From assembly GCA_030622135.1 (NCBI GenBank), contig JAUXGL010000001.1, positions 601-64,600 on the forward strand: a stretch of 64,000 nucleotides of DNA. The letters are read 5' to 3'. Below, one piece after another: positions 1 to 9,033 of this stretch (its first letter is position 1; each line of letters begins with the position of its first letter). The notes beneath the pieces were generated by a model. The model ran no database searches. It had not been told where the DNA came from and saw only the letters and a program-made list of their open reading frames with translations. Source of the stretch: Deltaproteobacteria bacterium (lineage in GTDB: Bacteria; Myxococcota; B64-G9). Position numbers and translations under genes: made by a program.

Positions 1-360
1 GATGTCCGCGCCGTCGCCATCGGCGCAGTTGATGGTGGCATTGGCCAGCTCGGTTCCCCCTTCCAGGATGGTCACGTCGACGCTGGCCACCTGGGCGGAC
101 GTGCAGGTGCCGGCGCCGGAGAACGACCAGGTCAAGGAGATCGTGTAGCTGGAGGGTATGGCCACGCAGTGGATCAGATCGTCGGAGGTCTTGTAGCCGG
201 CATCGCAGTCGCAGATGGCCTCGCCCTCATATTCGGTGCAGGTGCCGTGCCCGTCGCAGGTAATCCCGTCGCAGGGGTCGTCTTCCTTGACGACACAGCC
301 CGAAAGTGCCAGGCCTGTCAGTATGCCTATGAGAAGTAAGCTTTTGAAATTTCCGATCAT
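1..360 (-). CDS. Secreted lipoprotein with EGF-like Cys-rich region (C-terminus truncated by window edge)
   Basis: Minus-strand ATG at 360..358 preceded by GGAGG; translates MIGNFKSLLLIGILTGLALSGC (signal peptide with lipobox) then CDGITCDGHGTCTEYEGEAICDCDAGY. High GC3. Not in ORF track because it runs off the window. Confidence 0.5.
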   Translation of the reverse strand, partial: MIGNFKSLLLIGILTGLALSGCVVKEDDPCDGITCDGHGTCTEYEGEAICDCDAGYKTSDDLIHCVAIPSSYTISLTWSFSGAGTCTSAQVASVDVTILEGGTELANATINCADGDGADI

Positions 361-439
361 CTTTCTTCCTCCTTGACTTTAGGTTTTCGTGTGGTCGAAT
401 GGATTTGACGAAAACGCGTTTAGGTATATTCTAGCGGTT

Positions 440-3400
440 TCAACCCCCGCCGCCGTTGAAAGTTCCCCTCACGGTGGTGCTTTCACTGAGGTTGGCTCCG
501 GCATTCGGGGACTCGCGATAGTCGATTTTCAGGGTGACCGATCCGGATTCCGCTCCGTCTGTGTCGGCGGCGGTGTTCTCCAGCCAGAAGCCGCCTTGCC
601 ACCCGTTCTGGAAACCGTTCACCACGGGTATTACATAGCAAATATTGTCCGTGTCGGTGCACGGGAGCTGGGTTCGCCGGTTTCTGACCTTCCTCAGCTC
701 CATGGTTGTGCCCAGTGAATCGACAACCTTCCAGGGCAAGGAGGGCATGGCATCCGTCACCTTGCCTTTTCCGTTCACGCTGGCGCTTATCTGACAAGTC
801 TGGTTCAGGGGGTTCAGGTTGTGGTCCTTGGCCGCGTACCAGAACAACTGTGAGCCCTCGTAAGGGATGTCGAACGTTTCCGGGCACAGGATACTGTGGG
901 TTTCTCCACCTCCGATACAGGAGCCGCCCCACGACAAGTGTCCCGTCCAGACCATCTTGGTCTGGGTCCAGATCAGGGTGTCCCCGTCCCAGATGCCGTT
1001 GGGCCCATCGTAGTCATTGCTGTTGTTGGCGTCCATGTACTGTTCATCCGGATCGCGTTGCCCGTCGTCGTCCTTGTCTATAAACGGCTCGCCCAGGTCG
1101 ACGAAGGGCTCGCTGGGCTCGGTGGGGTCCAGCTGGCCGTTCTGGTTATCATCCACGCCGGCGTCGATTTTCTTTCCACCGGTTGCACAGTTGTTCCCGG
1201 TAGGTTCGTCGGTGACATTCACGATGGCGTCGAACCGGTCCAGGCCGTCTTGAAAGTGGCAAACGTACTCGCTTTTTAAAACCTCGCCGAGTTCCAGGAC
1301 CCCGCTGTCGTCCGTGTCCACGCCGCTTTGCAACAGAAACCCGCCGGCGGTGCAGTTGGCCCCGGTGGGCTCACTGGTTACCGTTACCAGTGCATCGTGG
1401 CCGGCCTGGTTGCAGGTGTAATCGGTGAAGTCCGCCTCGGAAGGGTCCATTACGCCGTTTTGATTCGTGTCGGTGTAATCGAATTCTCCGTTCCCGTTCT
1501 GATCGGTGAACTGTTCTTCTCCCGAGGTGGCGGCAATGATTGTCAGCAGACCGTCACGGGGATTGCCGTCGCCGATAAAGGGCTCTCCGGCCATGGGCGC
1601 GACGTTCTTCGGCCGCGGATTGCCGGTACGAATGGTCACTGTCGCCATTCCCATGTCGCCTTGGCTCTCGGATGTCGGAGCCTCGCCGGTGATATTGCCG
1701 GCCTCGGTCCTGAAGTGGACGTTGGTGGTAAAGCCTATCTTGTTGGAGTACCGATCGGCGAGGCTGATGGTGCAGCCGGTCTCGACGAAGTCCAGAATCA
1801 GTCCGCCGATGTTGAACTTCTCGCAGGCGAAGGTGAGGTACTCCGCGTTAGGCTTGGCGCCCACGATGGCGATGGAGGGAGAGTCCGCGTCTTTTTCCAC
1901 CGTGCCCACGGTTGCGGCGGCGTTGACCGTGACCGTGGTCGCCTGGTTTCCCGCGATGAGGGTGGTGGTTACTTGACCCTGGTCGTCGGTGTGGTCGGTC
2001 CACGGATCCAGGCTGACTCCCGGCGCGAATGATAGTGTGAACACCACCTCGGCGCCTGCCGGGAAGGGCTGATCTTTCACGTCCAGGAGTTCGAACGTGA
2101 TGGTGCTGGTGTCGTCCCGGCCCGAGCCTCTCACTCCCAGCTTGATGGGATCGGCCGATACGAATCTCAAGGTTCCGAGAGCGCGAACATTGATTTCGGT
2201 CCCGCCGTAGCCGCTTTGGCCGCCGATATCTACCTGGGCCTGTATGCTGGCTTTTCCGTGGGAGGTGCCGCCGATGAAGGTGGCCGTGGCCATGCCGTTG
2301 TCGTTGGTGACGGCCTGGTAGGCGTTGGTGCCGGATTCCTGGAACCGGCCCAGGTCGGTCGAGAAGTTCACCAGCTCACCCGCTCCCGCTCTGGTTCCTC
2401 CGGTGAGATAGACCTCGGCGGTCAGGTTCGACGCGCTCACGTCGTCGGCCAGTACCTCGGTTGGGGATGCGGCCAGATCGATCGTAGGCCGGTCCAGTTT
2501 GGTGAATCTGACGTCCACGTCCGAGGCGTAATTCTCACCGTCGTTACAGAGAAAAGTGGCCTCGATATTCGCGGTGACGTTGACCTCCAGATCCGCGCTT
2601 ATCAAGGTTGCGACGGCTACAGAGTTTGTAGGATTGACCTGGCAGGCATCCGATCCGCTTTCTTCGAACGTTCCGGCGCTGGTGGTGAAAGTCACGTCGG
2701 TGCTGTCCGGCATGGTCCCACCGTCGTCCGCGGTGAGCGTTGCGGTGATGGTGCTGGTGGACAGGCCGTTCGCTGTTATGGCTTCGGGATTGGCCGTCAG
2801 GGCGATGGCGCACTGGGAAGGCGAGAACTCCACCGTGGTCTCGGACTGGTGGTTTTCACCTCCGCAGGTTACGGCGGCGGTTATTGTCGCGGTGACGCCC
2901 TGAGCGAGGTCCTCGCTTTGCAACTGGGCAGTGGCTACGCTGCCCACACTCGTGGCCACGTGGGTGTTCCCGCCTCCGACGAATGTCCCCGCGGTTGTGG
3001 AGAAGGTCACCGAGGTGTTGTCCGGCACCGATCCGCCGTCGACCGCGGTAAGCGTCGCCGCGATCTTGCTTGTCGATGTGCCGTCTGCGGAAATAACAGC
3101 GGGATCGGCGCTAACCACGATATCGCATTGGGAGGCGAAGAATTCGATTTCGACCGAAACGGCGTGCAGGTTGTACTTTTCGCAGAAGGCGGAGATCGTG
3201 GCCGTGCCGGTTTCCGTGCTTCTGACTTCGTCGCTCACCCCGTACGGGCTGGAAGCCAGCCCGATGGTAGTTTCGTCGTTGCTGAAATATCCCACACCGT
3301 CGGTGATGCTCAACTCGATGAGTGTTCCGTTGGGGAGGGGATCGCAGTTTTCATCCTGGCCGCGGGCGGACACCTTGACGGCAGCCTTTCCGTTGGCCAG

Positions 3401-3544
3401 AACCTTGGCCGGAGAGGGATTGGTGGTCAATATCAGTTCGGCCCCTTCGCCCGGTTTGCAACCTCCGTCCGAGCCGCTGCATCCGGCTGAAAGCAGGGCC
3501 AGCGGCGCGGCCAGTGCCAGGTAAATGGCAAACATTCTTTTCAT
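440..3544 (-). CDS. Giant surface lipoprotein: tandem bacterial Ig-like (Big) domains plus C-terminal thrombospondin-type-3-like Ca-binding Asp-rich repeats
   Basis: 1034 aa; N-term MKRMFAIYLALAAPLALLSAGC (lipobox). Repeated ~90-aa Thr/Ala-rich Ig-like units (TATITAAV..., TANPEAITANG...). DxDxDG-like motifs (DKDDDGQRDPDE, DDNQNGQLDPTEP). AAGGAG RBS 8 nt upstream. Confidence 0.8.
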   Translation of the reverse strand: MKRMFAIYLALAAPLALLSAGCSGSDGGCKPGEGAELILTTNPSPAKVLANGKAAVKVSARGQDENCDPLPNGTLIELSITDGVGYFSNDETTIGLASSPYGVSDEVRSTETGTATISAFCEKYNLHAVSVEIEFFASQCDIVVSADPAVISADGTSTSKIAATLTAVDGGSVPDNTSVTFSTTAGTFVGGGNTHVATSVGSVATAQLQSEDLAQGVTATITAAVTCGGENHQSETTVEFSPSQCAIALTANPEAITANGLSTSTITATLTADDGGTMPDSTDVTFTTSAGTFEESGSDACQVNPTNSVAVATLISADLEVNVTANIEATFLCNDGENYASDVDVRFTKLDRPTIDLAASPTEVLADDVSASNLTAEVYLTGGTRAGAGELVNFSTDLGRFQESGTNAYQAVTNDNGMATATFIGGTSHGKASIQAQVDIGGQSGYGGTEINVRALGTLRFVSADPIKLGVRGSGRDDTSTITFELLDVKDQPFPAGAEVVFTLSFAPGVSLDPWTDHTDDQGQVTTTLIAGNQATTVTVNAAATVGTVEKDADSPSIAIVGAKPNAEYLTFACEKFNIGGLILDFVETGCTISLADRYSNKIGFTTNVHFRTEAGNITGEAPTSESQGDMGMATVTIRTGNPRPKNVAPMAGEPFIGDGNPRDGLLTIIAATSGEEQFTDQNGNGEFDYTDTNQNGVMDPSEADFTDYTCNQAGHDALVTVTSEPTGANCTAGGFLLQSGVDTDDSGVLELGEVLKSEYVCHFQDGLDRFDAIVNVTDEPTGNNCATGGKKIDAGVDDNQNGQLDPTEPSEPFVDLGEPFIDKDDDGQRDPDEQYMDANNSNDYDGPNGIWDGDTLIWTQTKMVWTGHLSWGGSCIGGGETHSILCPETFDIPYEGSQLFWYAAKDHNLNPLNQTCQISASVNGKGKVTDAMPSLPWKVVDSLGTTMELRKVRNRRTQLPCTDTDNICYVIPVVNGFQNGWQGGFWLENTAADTDGAESGSVTLKIDYRESPNAGANLSESTTVRGTFNGGGG

Positions 3545-3701
3545 GGCGATACTCCTTGCATGAAGAAACCGCTAAAAGATGGTCGATGGTCAATGCTAGA
3601 TACTCCTATACAAAGGGATTTTATGTCAACCTGCCAGTTGAATAATTGGTTCCGGCTCGTCCGGGTCAGGAAGAACCATGATGTGGAGACGAGGTCCTGG
3701 C

Positions 3702-6110
3702 TTATTCGAACGTTCCGCTCACCGTTATGGTCTGAGTCTTGTGGACGCCGCCGCCGGGGGTTTGGTTGTAGGTGATGTCGAGCGTGATCGTTCCCGTCTC
3801 CGATGGGGTGGTGTCGGTGAGCGGGGCGCCCTTGACCGTAAACCAGCCGCAGAAACCGCCTCCGCAGTCTTCCCAGTAGCGCGTTGGGTTTACGAAGCCC
3901 CCCAGGGTGTCCGGGGCCTGCCAGGGTAGCGGCGGATCGGATACGTCCGCGGATCCCTTGCCGTCCACGGAGAAGTCGATCTGGAGTGTGGAGTTGAGGG
4001 GATTCAGGTTGGCGTCCTTGATCTCCCAGTAGAAATTCATTTCATCCCCCCGGGGGATGAGGAAGGTTTCCGGGCAGAGGGTGTTGTAGTGGTTCTGGGT
4101 GAGGCAATCTCCGGGACCGGCGAGCGCGGCGGCCTCGGTCGTCCAGAGGATGTAGGCGACGTTCCAGATGAGAGTGTCGCTGTCCCAGACTCCGTTGGGC
4201 CCGTCGTACAGCCGGTTGTCATTGGCGTCGCAGAACGGCTCGTCGGGGTCGCGCATGCCGTTGTCGTTCTCGTCGACGTAGGGCTCGCTCAGGTCGACGT
4301 AGGGCTCGCCGAGGTCGTAGTCGCCGCTGTCGTTGACGTCGTCGAACTCTTCCTCGCCGGTGGTCGCTACGAGGATCGTTACGATGCCGTCGCGGGGATT
4401 GTGGTTGTCGATGCAAGGCTCGCTCGGAAGGGGAGGAACGTCCTTCGGCCGGGGGTCGCCGGTTTGGACGCACACCGTTGCAATTCCCATATCGCTGGCG
4501 CCCTCCGAGGTTATGGCGCTGGCACCGATGGAACCCGCTTCGGTCCGGAAGATCACGTTGGTCGCGAAGCCGATCTTGTTGGAGTAGCGGTCGGCCAAGC
4601 CGATGATGCACTGGGTTTCCACGAGGTCGAGGACGAACCCGCCGACGTTGAAACGCTTGCAGAAAAAGGTCATATACTTGGCGTTGGGCTTGGCTCCCAC
4701 CACCGCGATGGGCGGGGAGACCGCTTGTAGCGTCTCGGTGCCCACGTGAGCGCTGGCGGTCACCGTCACCGTCGTGGCCGCCCGGCCCGAGTTCAGAGTG
4801 GCCGCCACCATGCCGTCGTTGTCCGTGCAGTCGTTGGGCGAGTCCAGGGTGACGCCCGGGGCATCGGACAGGGTGAACTCCACCGGCGCGCCGGAGGAGA
4901 AGGGCAGGCCCTCGGTGTCCTTGACCAGGAATGTGACCAGGCTGGATTCGTTCTTTCCCGACCCCTTGGCGCCCAGCTTATCCGGTACCGCGGAGATGAA
5001 TTCGATGCAGCCGAGTTGTCTCACGCTGATGTCGATTTTGTCGGAGGCGGCCATATTCTGGATGAGGATGGAGGCCTGCACCGGGGCGACGCCTGCCCGG
5101 TCGCCTCCGATGAAGGTGGCGCTAGCCGTTCCGCTGTCGTTGGTGTAGGCGACGTAGATGGGCCCGGCGGACTCCTGGAACCATCCCAGCTTGGTTGAGA
5201 AGGTCACCTTCTTTCCCGCTTCGGCCCGGGCATCTCCCGGTAGGAAGACCTCGGCGGTCAGGTCCACGGTGGACACGTTGTCGGCCGGCACCTCGTTGGA
5301 GGACGCCCGCAGGTACACCGCCGGCGCGTTCGATTCGCCCAGGGTGACGATCACCTGCTCGGAGTATAGCTTGGTGTCGTTGCAGGTGAAGGCGGCGGTG
5401 ACGGTCGCCCGGACGGTTTCCTGGATATCCTCGCTCCGCAGCGTGGCGGTGACCGTGCTGTTGTCGACCGTCGTGTCGTAGTTCTGTCCGCCGCTCTCGG
5501 TGAACTCGCCCCGGGTCGTTTTGAAGCTCACCGGGGTTTTGTCGAGCACGGATCCGCCGGTATCGGCGGTGAGCGTGGCGGTGATCACCGAGACGGAAGC
5601 GCCGTCGGCGGGGATGAGCGCGGGTTCGGCCAAGAGCTCGATCGCGCACTGGCCCGGCCGGCCGGGCTCGATGAACTCGATGTCGACGGGGGAGGCGGTC
5701 AGGTTGTGGGTTTGGCTGAAGGCGGACACCTTGGCCGTGCCGACCACGGTGCCGCGCACGTTCGTGCTCGCGCCGGAGTCACTACTGGTGTTGACGACTA
5801 TGGTGGTGCCGTCGTGGGAGAAGTAGCCGACCCCGGCCGGATCGTCAGAGGAATTGGCCGGATCCTGGTCGGTGATGCGGAACTCGATGGGGGTTCCGTT
5901 GGCGAAAGGCTTGCAGTTTTCGTCCCGTCCCAGGGCCACTATCTTGATGACGTCATTTCCGTTGGCCTGGGCTTCACCCGTGGCCGGGTTGGTGGTCAGC
6001 GTCAGCTCGGCTCCTTCGCCGGCCTTGCAGTCGCTGTCGCCGATGTTGCAGCCGGCGGAGAGCAGGGCAAAAAGAAACAACGCAAGGCATATCCAAGATA
6101 CCCTTTTCAT
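3702..6110 (-). CDS. Paralogous giant Big-domain surface lipoprotein with Ca-binding Asp-rich repeats
   Basis: ORF-track ORF 3702..6140; preferred start is ATG at 6110 (MKRVSWICLALFLFALLSAGC lipobox) with AAGGAG RBS. Same architecture and many identical motifs as 440..3544 (GEGAELTLTTNP, IAVVGAKPNA.Y.TF.C..FN.GG..LD.VET.C.I.LADRYSNKIGF.TNV.FRTEAG). Confidence 0.8.
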   Translation of the reverse strand: MKRVSWICLALFLFALLSAGCNIGDSDCKAGEGAELTLTTNPATGEAQANGNDVIKIVALGRDENCKPFANGTPIEFRITDQDPANSSDDPAGVGYFSHDGTTIVVNTSSDSGASTNVRGTVVGTAKVSAFSQTHNLTASPVDIEFIEPGRPGQCAIELLAEPALIPADGASVSVITATLTADTGGSVLDKTPVSFKTTRGEFTESGGQNYDTTVDNSTVTATLRSEDIQETVRATVTAAFTCNDTKLYSEQVIVTLGESNAPAVYLRASSNEVPADNVSTVDLTAEVFLPGDARAEAGKKVTFSTKLGWFQESAGPIYVAYTNDSGTASATFIGGDRAGVAPVQASILIQNMAASDKIDISVRQLGCIEFISAVPDKLGAKGSGKNESSLVTFLVKDTEGLPFSSGAPVEFTLSDAPGVTLDSPNDCTDNDGMVAATLNSGRAATTVTVTASAHVGTETLQAVSPPIAVVGAKPNAKYMTFFCKRFNVGGFVLDLVETQCIIGLADRYSNKIGFATNVIFRTEAGSIGASAITSEGASDMGIATVCVQTGDPRPKDVPPLPSEPCIDNHNPRDGIVTILVATTGEEEFDDVNDSGDYDLGEPYVDLSEPYVDENDNGMRDPDEPFCDANDNRLYDGPNGVWDSDTLIWNVAYILWTTEAAALAGPGDCLTQNHYNTLCPETFLIPRGDEMNFYWEIKDANLNPLNSTLQIDFSVDGKGSADVSDPPLPWQAPDTLGGFVNPTRYWEDCGGGFCGWFTVKGAPLTDTTPSETGTITLDITYNQTPGGGVHKTQTITVSGTFE

Positions 6111-6273
6111 GGTGATACTCCTTGCGTGAAGAAACCGCACGCAACGCTAAATACTCCTACGGAAAGGCGTTTTCTGTCAAGGATCCTGGATTCATGGATC
6201 TCCCAGGGAATCTTGCACAACTTTTCAAGGTGTGTGATAGTGATGCCCGTTATCTCTCGAAAGGGAGGCAAAC

Positions 6274-7011
6274 ATGGCAAATAGCCTGGTCCTGGCGCTT
6301 TGTGCCCAGACCTCCAGCGATAGCTTCATGATAGGGCTGATCAAGTGGATCAACCCGATTTTAGAACCCGTGGTGGTAGTGGTCCTGGTCCTGCTCTTAG
6401 TCATGTCGGCGGCCTGCTGGGGCATCATTTACTACAAGTGGCGGACTCTGCGGCACGCCCAGGAGCAGTCCATCGAGTTTCTGGAGACTTTCTGGAGCTC
6501 CAAGCGGCTGGACGCCATCTACAGCGCATCGGAACAGCTGCAAAAGAGCCCCATCAGCCTGGTATTCCGGGCCGGCTACGTTGAGCTGGGCAAGCTGAAG
6601 AAGACCCAGGCGGAGGGCGAGCTCGGCGGGGCCATGTACGATGCCATGGGCGGCATCGAGAACGTCCAGCGATCCCTGCGCCGGGCCAGCCTCTCCGAGT
6701 TGACCACCATGGAGGGCCTGGTGCCGTTTCTGGCCACCACCGGCTCCTCGGCCCCCTTCATCGGCCTGTTCGGGACCGTGGTGGGCATCATGAAGGCCTT
6801 CGTGGAGATCCGGCCGGGAACCGCCACGCTGGAGGCGGTGGGCCCGGGCATCTCCCACGCCCTGATCGCCACCGCCGTGGGGCTGTTCGCGGCCATCCCC
6901 GCGGTGATGGCTTACAACTACTTCATCCGCAGGATCAAGGTGCTCTACAGCGAGATGGACGTCTTTTCCTCGGACTTCCTCAATATCGTCAAAAGGCACT
7001 TCCTCAAGTAG
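6274..7011 (+). CDS. MotA/TolQ/ExbB family proton-channel protein
   Basis: 245 aa; three TM segments; signature GLVPFLATTGSSAPFIGLFGTVVGIMKAF typical of TolQ/ExbB. Confidence 0.85.
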   Translation: MANSLVLALCAQTSSDSFMIGLIKWINPILEPVVVVVLVLLLVMSAACWGIIYYKWRTLRHAQEQSIEFLETFWSSKRLDAIYSASEQLQKSPISLVFRAGYVELGKLKKTQAEGELGGAMYDAMGGIENVQRSLRRASLSELTTMEGLVPFLATTGSSAPFIGLFGTVVGIMKAFVEIRPGTATLEAVGPGISHALIATAVGLFAAIPAVMAYNYFIRRIKVLYSEMDVFSSDFLNIVKRHFLK

Positions 7012-7032
7012 CCCAGAAGAAGAGGCGCGACC

Positions 7033-7461
7033 ATGGGCATGACCGGGGCTTCCGATTTATCCGATCCCACCATGAGCGAGATCAACGTCACGCCGTTGGT
7101 GGACGTGATGCTGGTGCTGCTGATCATCTTCATGATCACCGCCCCGCTGATGCAGCAGGGCGTGGAAGTGGATCTTCCCCAGACCCAGGCGGAGATATTG
7201 GACACGAAGGACCAGGATCTTTTCCTGTTGTCGCTCACCAAGGACCGGAAAATCTACATCGGCAAGACCGAGATACCCCGAGAGAAACTGGAGACGTTAC
7301 TCGAGTTCAACGATAAGCTGAAGAAAGACAAGAAGCTGGATTTTGCCGCGGATCGTTCTCTCGACTACGGTTTCGTAGTCGACATAATGGCGGCGCTGAG
7401 GAGGGCGGGCATCCAGCAGGTGGGCATGCTCACCGAGCCTCCGCCGCCCGAGAAGAAATAA
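7033..7461 (+). CDS. ExbD/TolR family biopolymer transport protein
   Basis: 142 aa; N-terminal INVTPLVDVMLVLLIIFMITAPLM single TM typical of ExbD/TolR; 21 bp after previous gene. Confidence 0.85.
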   Translation: MGMTGASDLSDPTMSEINVTPLVDVMLVLLIIFMITAPLMQQGVEVDLPQTQAEILDTKDQDLFLLSLTKDRKIYIGKTEIPREKLETLLEFNDKLKKDKKLDFAADRSLDYGFVVDIMAALRRAGIQQVGMLTEPPPPEKK

Positions 7462-7497
7462 AAGAACTTTTTTCGGTGTTAATACGTTGGTAGAGGC

Positions 7498-8214
7498 ATG
7501 GACACCCGCGAACAGTACGCCTATCTAAAACCCCAGCCCATGGTGTGGATCTCCATCCTGTGCTCGGCCGTGGCCCACGCGGGGTTGATCGTGCTGTTGA
7601 TCGCCGGGGGCCTGGTCAAGGATTCCGGCACCCGGGATCGTGTCAAGATCACCGCTCTGCTTAAGAAGGGCAAGCCCCGGCCCAAGGACTGGCTTCCCCG
7701 CAAGCCCGCCGCCGCCCCGGCCTCGCCGGCCAACGCTCGTCCGCCCAAGGACGCCAAGAAGACGGATCGTAAGGCCGCCCGCAAGACCTCCTCCCGGGTG
7801 GATTATTCCAGGGACATGAATTCGGCCCTCAGCGGCCTGGCCCAGGAGGGCGGCAAGGACGAGGAGGCGGAGGGCTCCCCCGACGGCGTGGACGAGGGAA
7901 CCGCGCTGATCGCCCAGAAGGGCAACGAGTACATGACCCGGGTGTATTCGGCCGTCAAGGGGCAGTACTCGGTGCCCGAGATTATAACCGAGCGCGAGCG
8001 CATGTTTCTCAACGCCACCGTGGTTATCACCATCGACGCCCGTGGCCGGATTGAGAATCTGACCTTCGAAAAACGCTCGGGCAACCAGGTTTTCGGCTCG
8101 GCCATCGAGGCCGCCATTCGTCGGGCCGCTCCCTTTCCGTCTCCGCCCCCCGAACTGGTTGACAAGTATGCCTCGGAAGGCATAGGTATCGACTTCGATG
8201 CCCGCGGACTGTGA
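7498..8214 (+). CDS. TonB/TolA-like energy-transducer protein (N-terminal TM, Pro/Lys-rich linker, TonB-C-like domain)
   Basis: 238 aa; TM VWISILCSAVAHAGLIVLLIAGG; linker KPRPKDWLPRKPAAAPASPANARPPKD; C-terminal beta-rich domain ending PFPSPPPEL. Third gene of TolQ-TolR-like cluster. Confidence 0.6.
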   Translation: MDTREQYAYLKPQPMVWISILCSAVAHAGLIVLLIAGGLVKDSGTRDRVKITALLKKGKPRPKDWLPRKPAAAPASPANARPPKDAKKTDRKAARKTSSRVDYSRDMNSALSGLAQEGGKDEEAEGSPDGVDEGTALIAQKGNEYMTRVYSAVKGQYSVPEIITERERMFLNATVVITIDARGRIENLTFEKRSGNQVFGSAIEAAIRRAAPFPSPPPELVDKYASEGIGIDFDARGL

Positions 8215-8247
8215 GTTGGGAACATCCGTCTGCGTTGAATGGCTAAG

Positions 8248-8265
8248 CCGACAGCATGTTGTCGG
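8248..8265 (+). terminator. Possible stem-loop (CCGACA-gcatgt-TGTCGG) downstream of TonB-like gene; no U-tract
   Basis: Perfect 6-bp inverted repeat with 6-nt loop 34 nt after stop codon; lacks T-rich tail, so weak. Confidence 0.25.
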
Positions 8266-8463
8266 TGGCTCTCCATGAGCAATCCGCGCTGTAGAGGTTT
8301 TCAGTGATCACCGGAGAGATCGCAGAAACACCTCCTCCACGCTCCTCGGGCTAGGTCATATACAATGCTGCCCTGCTGACAGCGCGGAATGCTCGCGAAG
8401 AACTTGGATTGACACTGCCGTGTTCGGAATCTTATCATCAAGACCGGGAGGGAAAGGGGGGGA

Positions 8464-9033
8464 GTGAAAGAGAGCGTGGTGAATCCCCGATCTCCGTATT
8501 TACGGCTTGACGGTTTCTCCAAGGATGCGTGGGAGCTCGACGCGGAGTCCTTCGCCGCACGGTATGGGAGTGCCTTTCTACTGCACTACGGGTCTTTAGG
8601 GAAAGACAAGGAGATCGAAGATGTCGATCTGGGAGATACGCTGGTGCGGGAGTACACCGACGAGGTCGTGGAACCCCGAACCGATCCCCGGACGAACTTC
8701 CTGGTGTTCCCGGTCCGTTATAAAGCCAAAGGCAGGTTTGACCAGGCCATCTGGGTTGGCCGGGGTCGCCAGAATGACATCATCATCCCGGACGCATCCA
8801 TCTCGACCATGCACGCCTTCATCCGCAAAAACGATGCTGGCAATTTCCACCTGCAGGACATGATGTCGAAGAACGGATCCTTTGTTTACGACCAGCGGGT
8901 TCCAGCGCTGGGGACCGGTGAACCGTTGCCGTTTGGGACGGGCGACCGGATCCGCTTCGGGACGGTGAAGCTGACATTTCTGGGCGTGGCCGAGTTCATC
9001 AGCCTGGTCAACCAGCTGCTCGATGGAGGCTAG
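8464..9033 (+). CDS. FHA-domain protein
   Basis: GTG start at 8464 with G-rich RBS; C-terminal FHA motifs (WVGRGRQNDIIIPDASISTMHAFIRKN...SKNGSFVYDQRV). Confidence 0.7.
   Translation: MKESVVNPRSPYLRLDGFSKDAWELDAESFAARYGSAFLLHYGSLGKDKEIEDVDLGDTLVREYTDEVVEPRTDPRTNFLVFPVRYKAKGRFDQAIWVGRGRQNDIIIPDASISTMHAFIRKNDAGNFHLQDMMSKNGSFVYDQRVPALGTGEPLPFGTGDRIRFGTVKLTFLGVAEFISLVNQLLDGG

Noticed and set aside
2216-5826. Multiple plus-strand ORFs (e.g. 2216..3490, 4089..4730, 5706..6284) inside the two giant lipoprotein genes
   Set aside because: Shadow ORFs in high-GC DNA; translations are Gly/Arg/Ala-rich without motifs.
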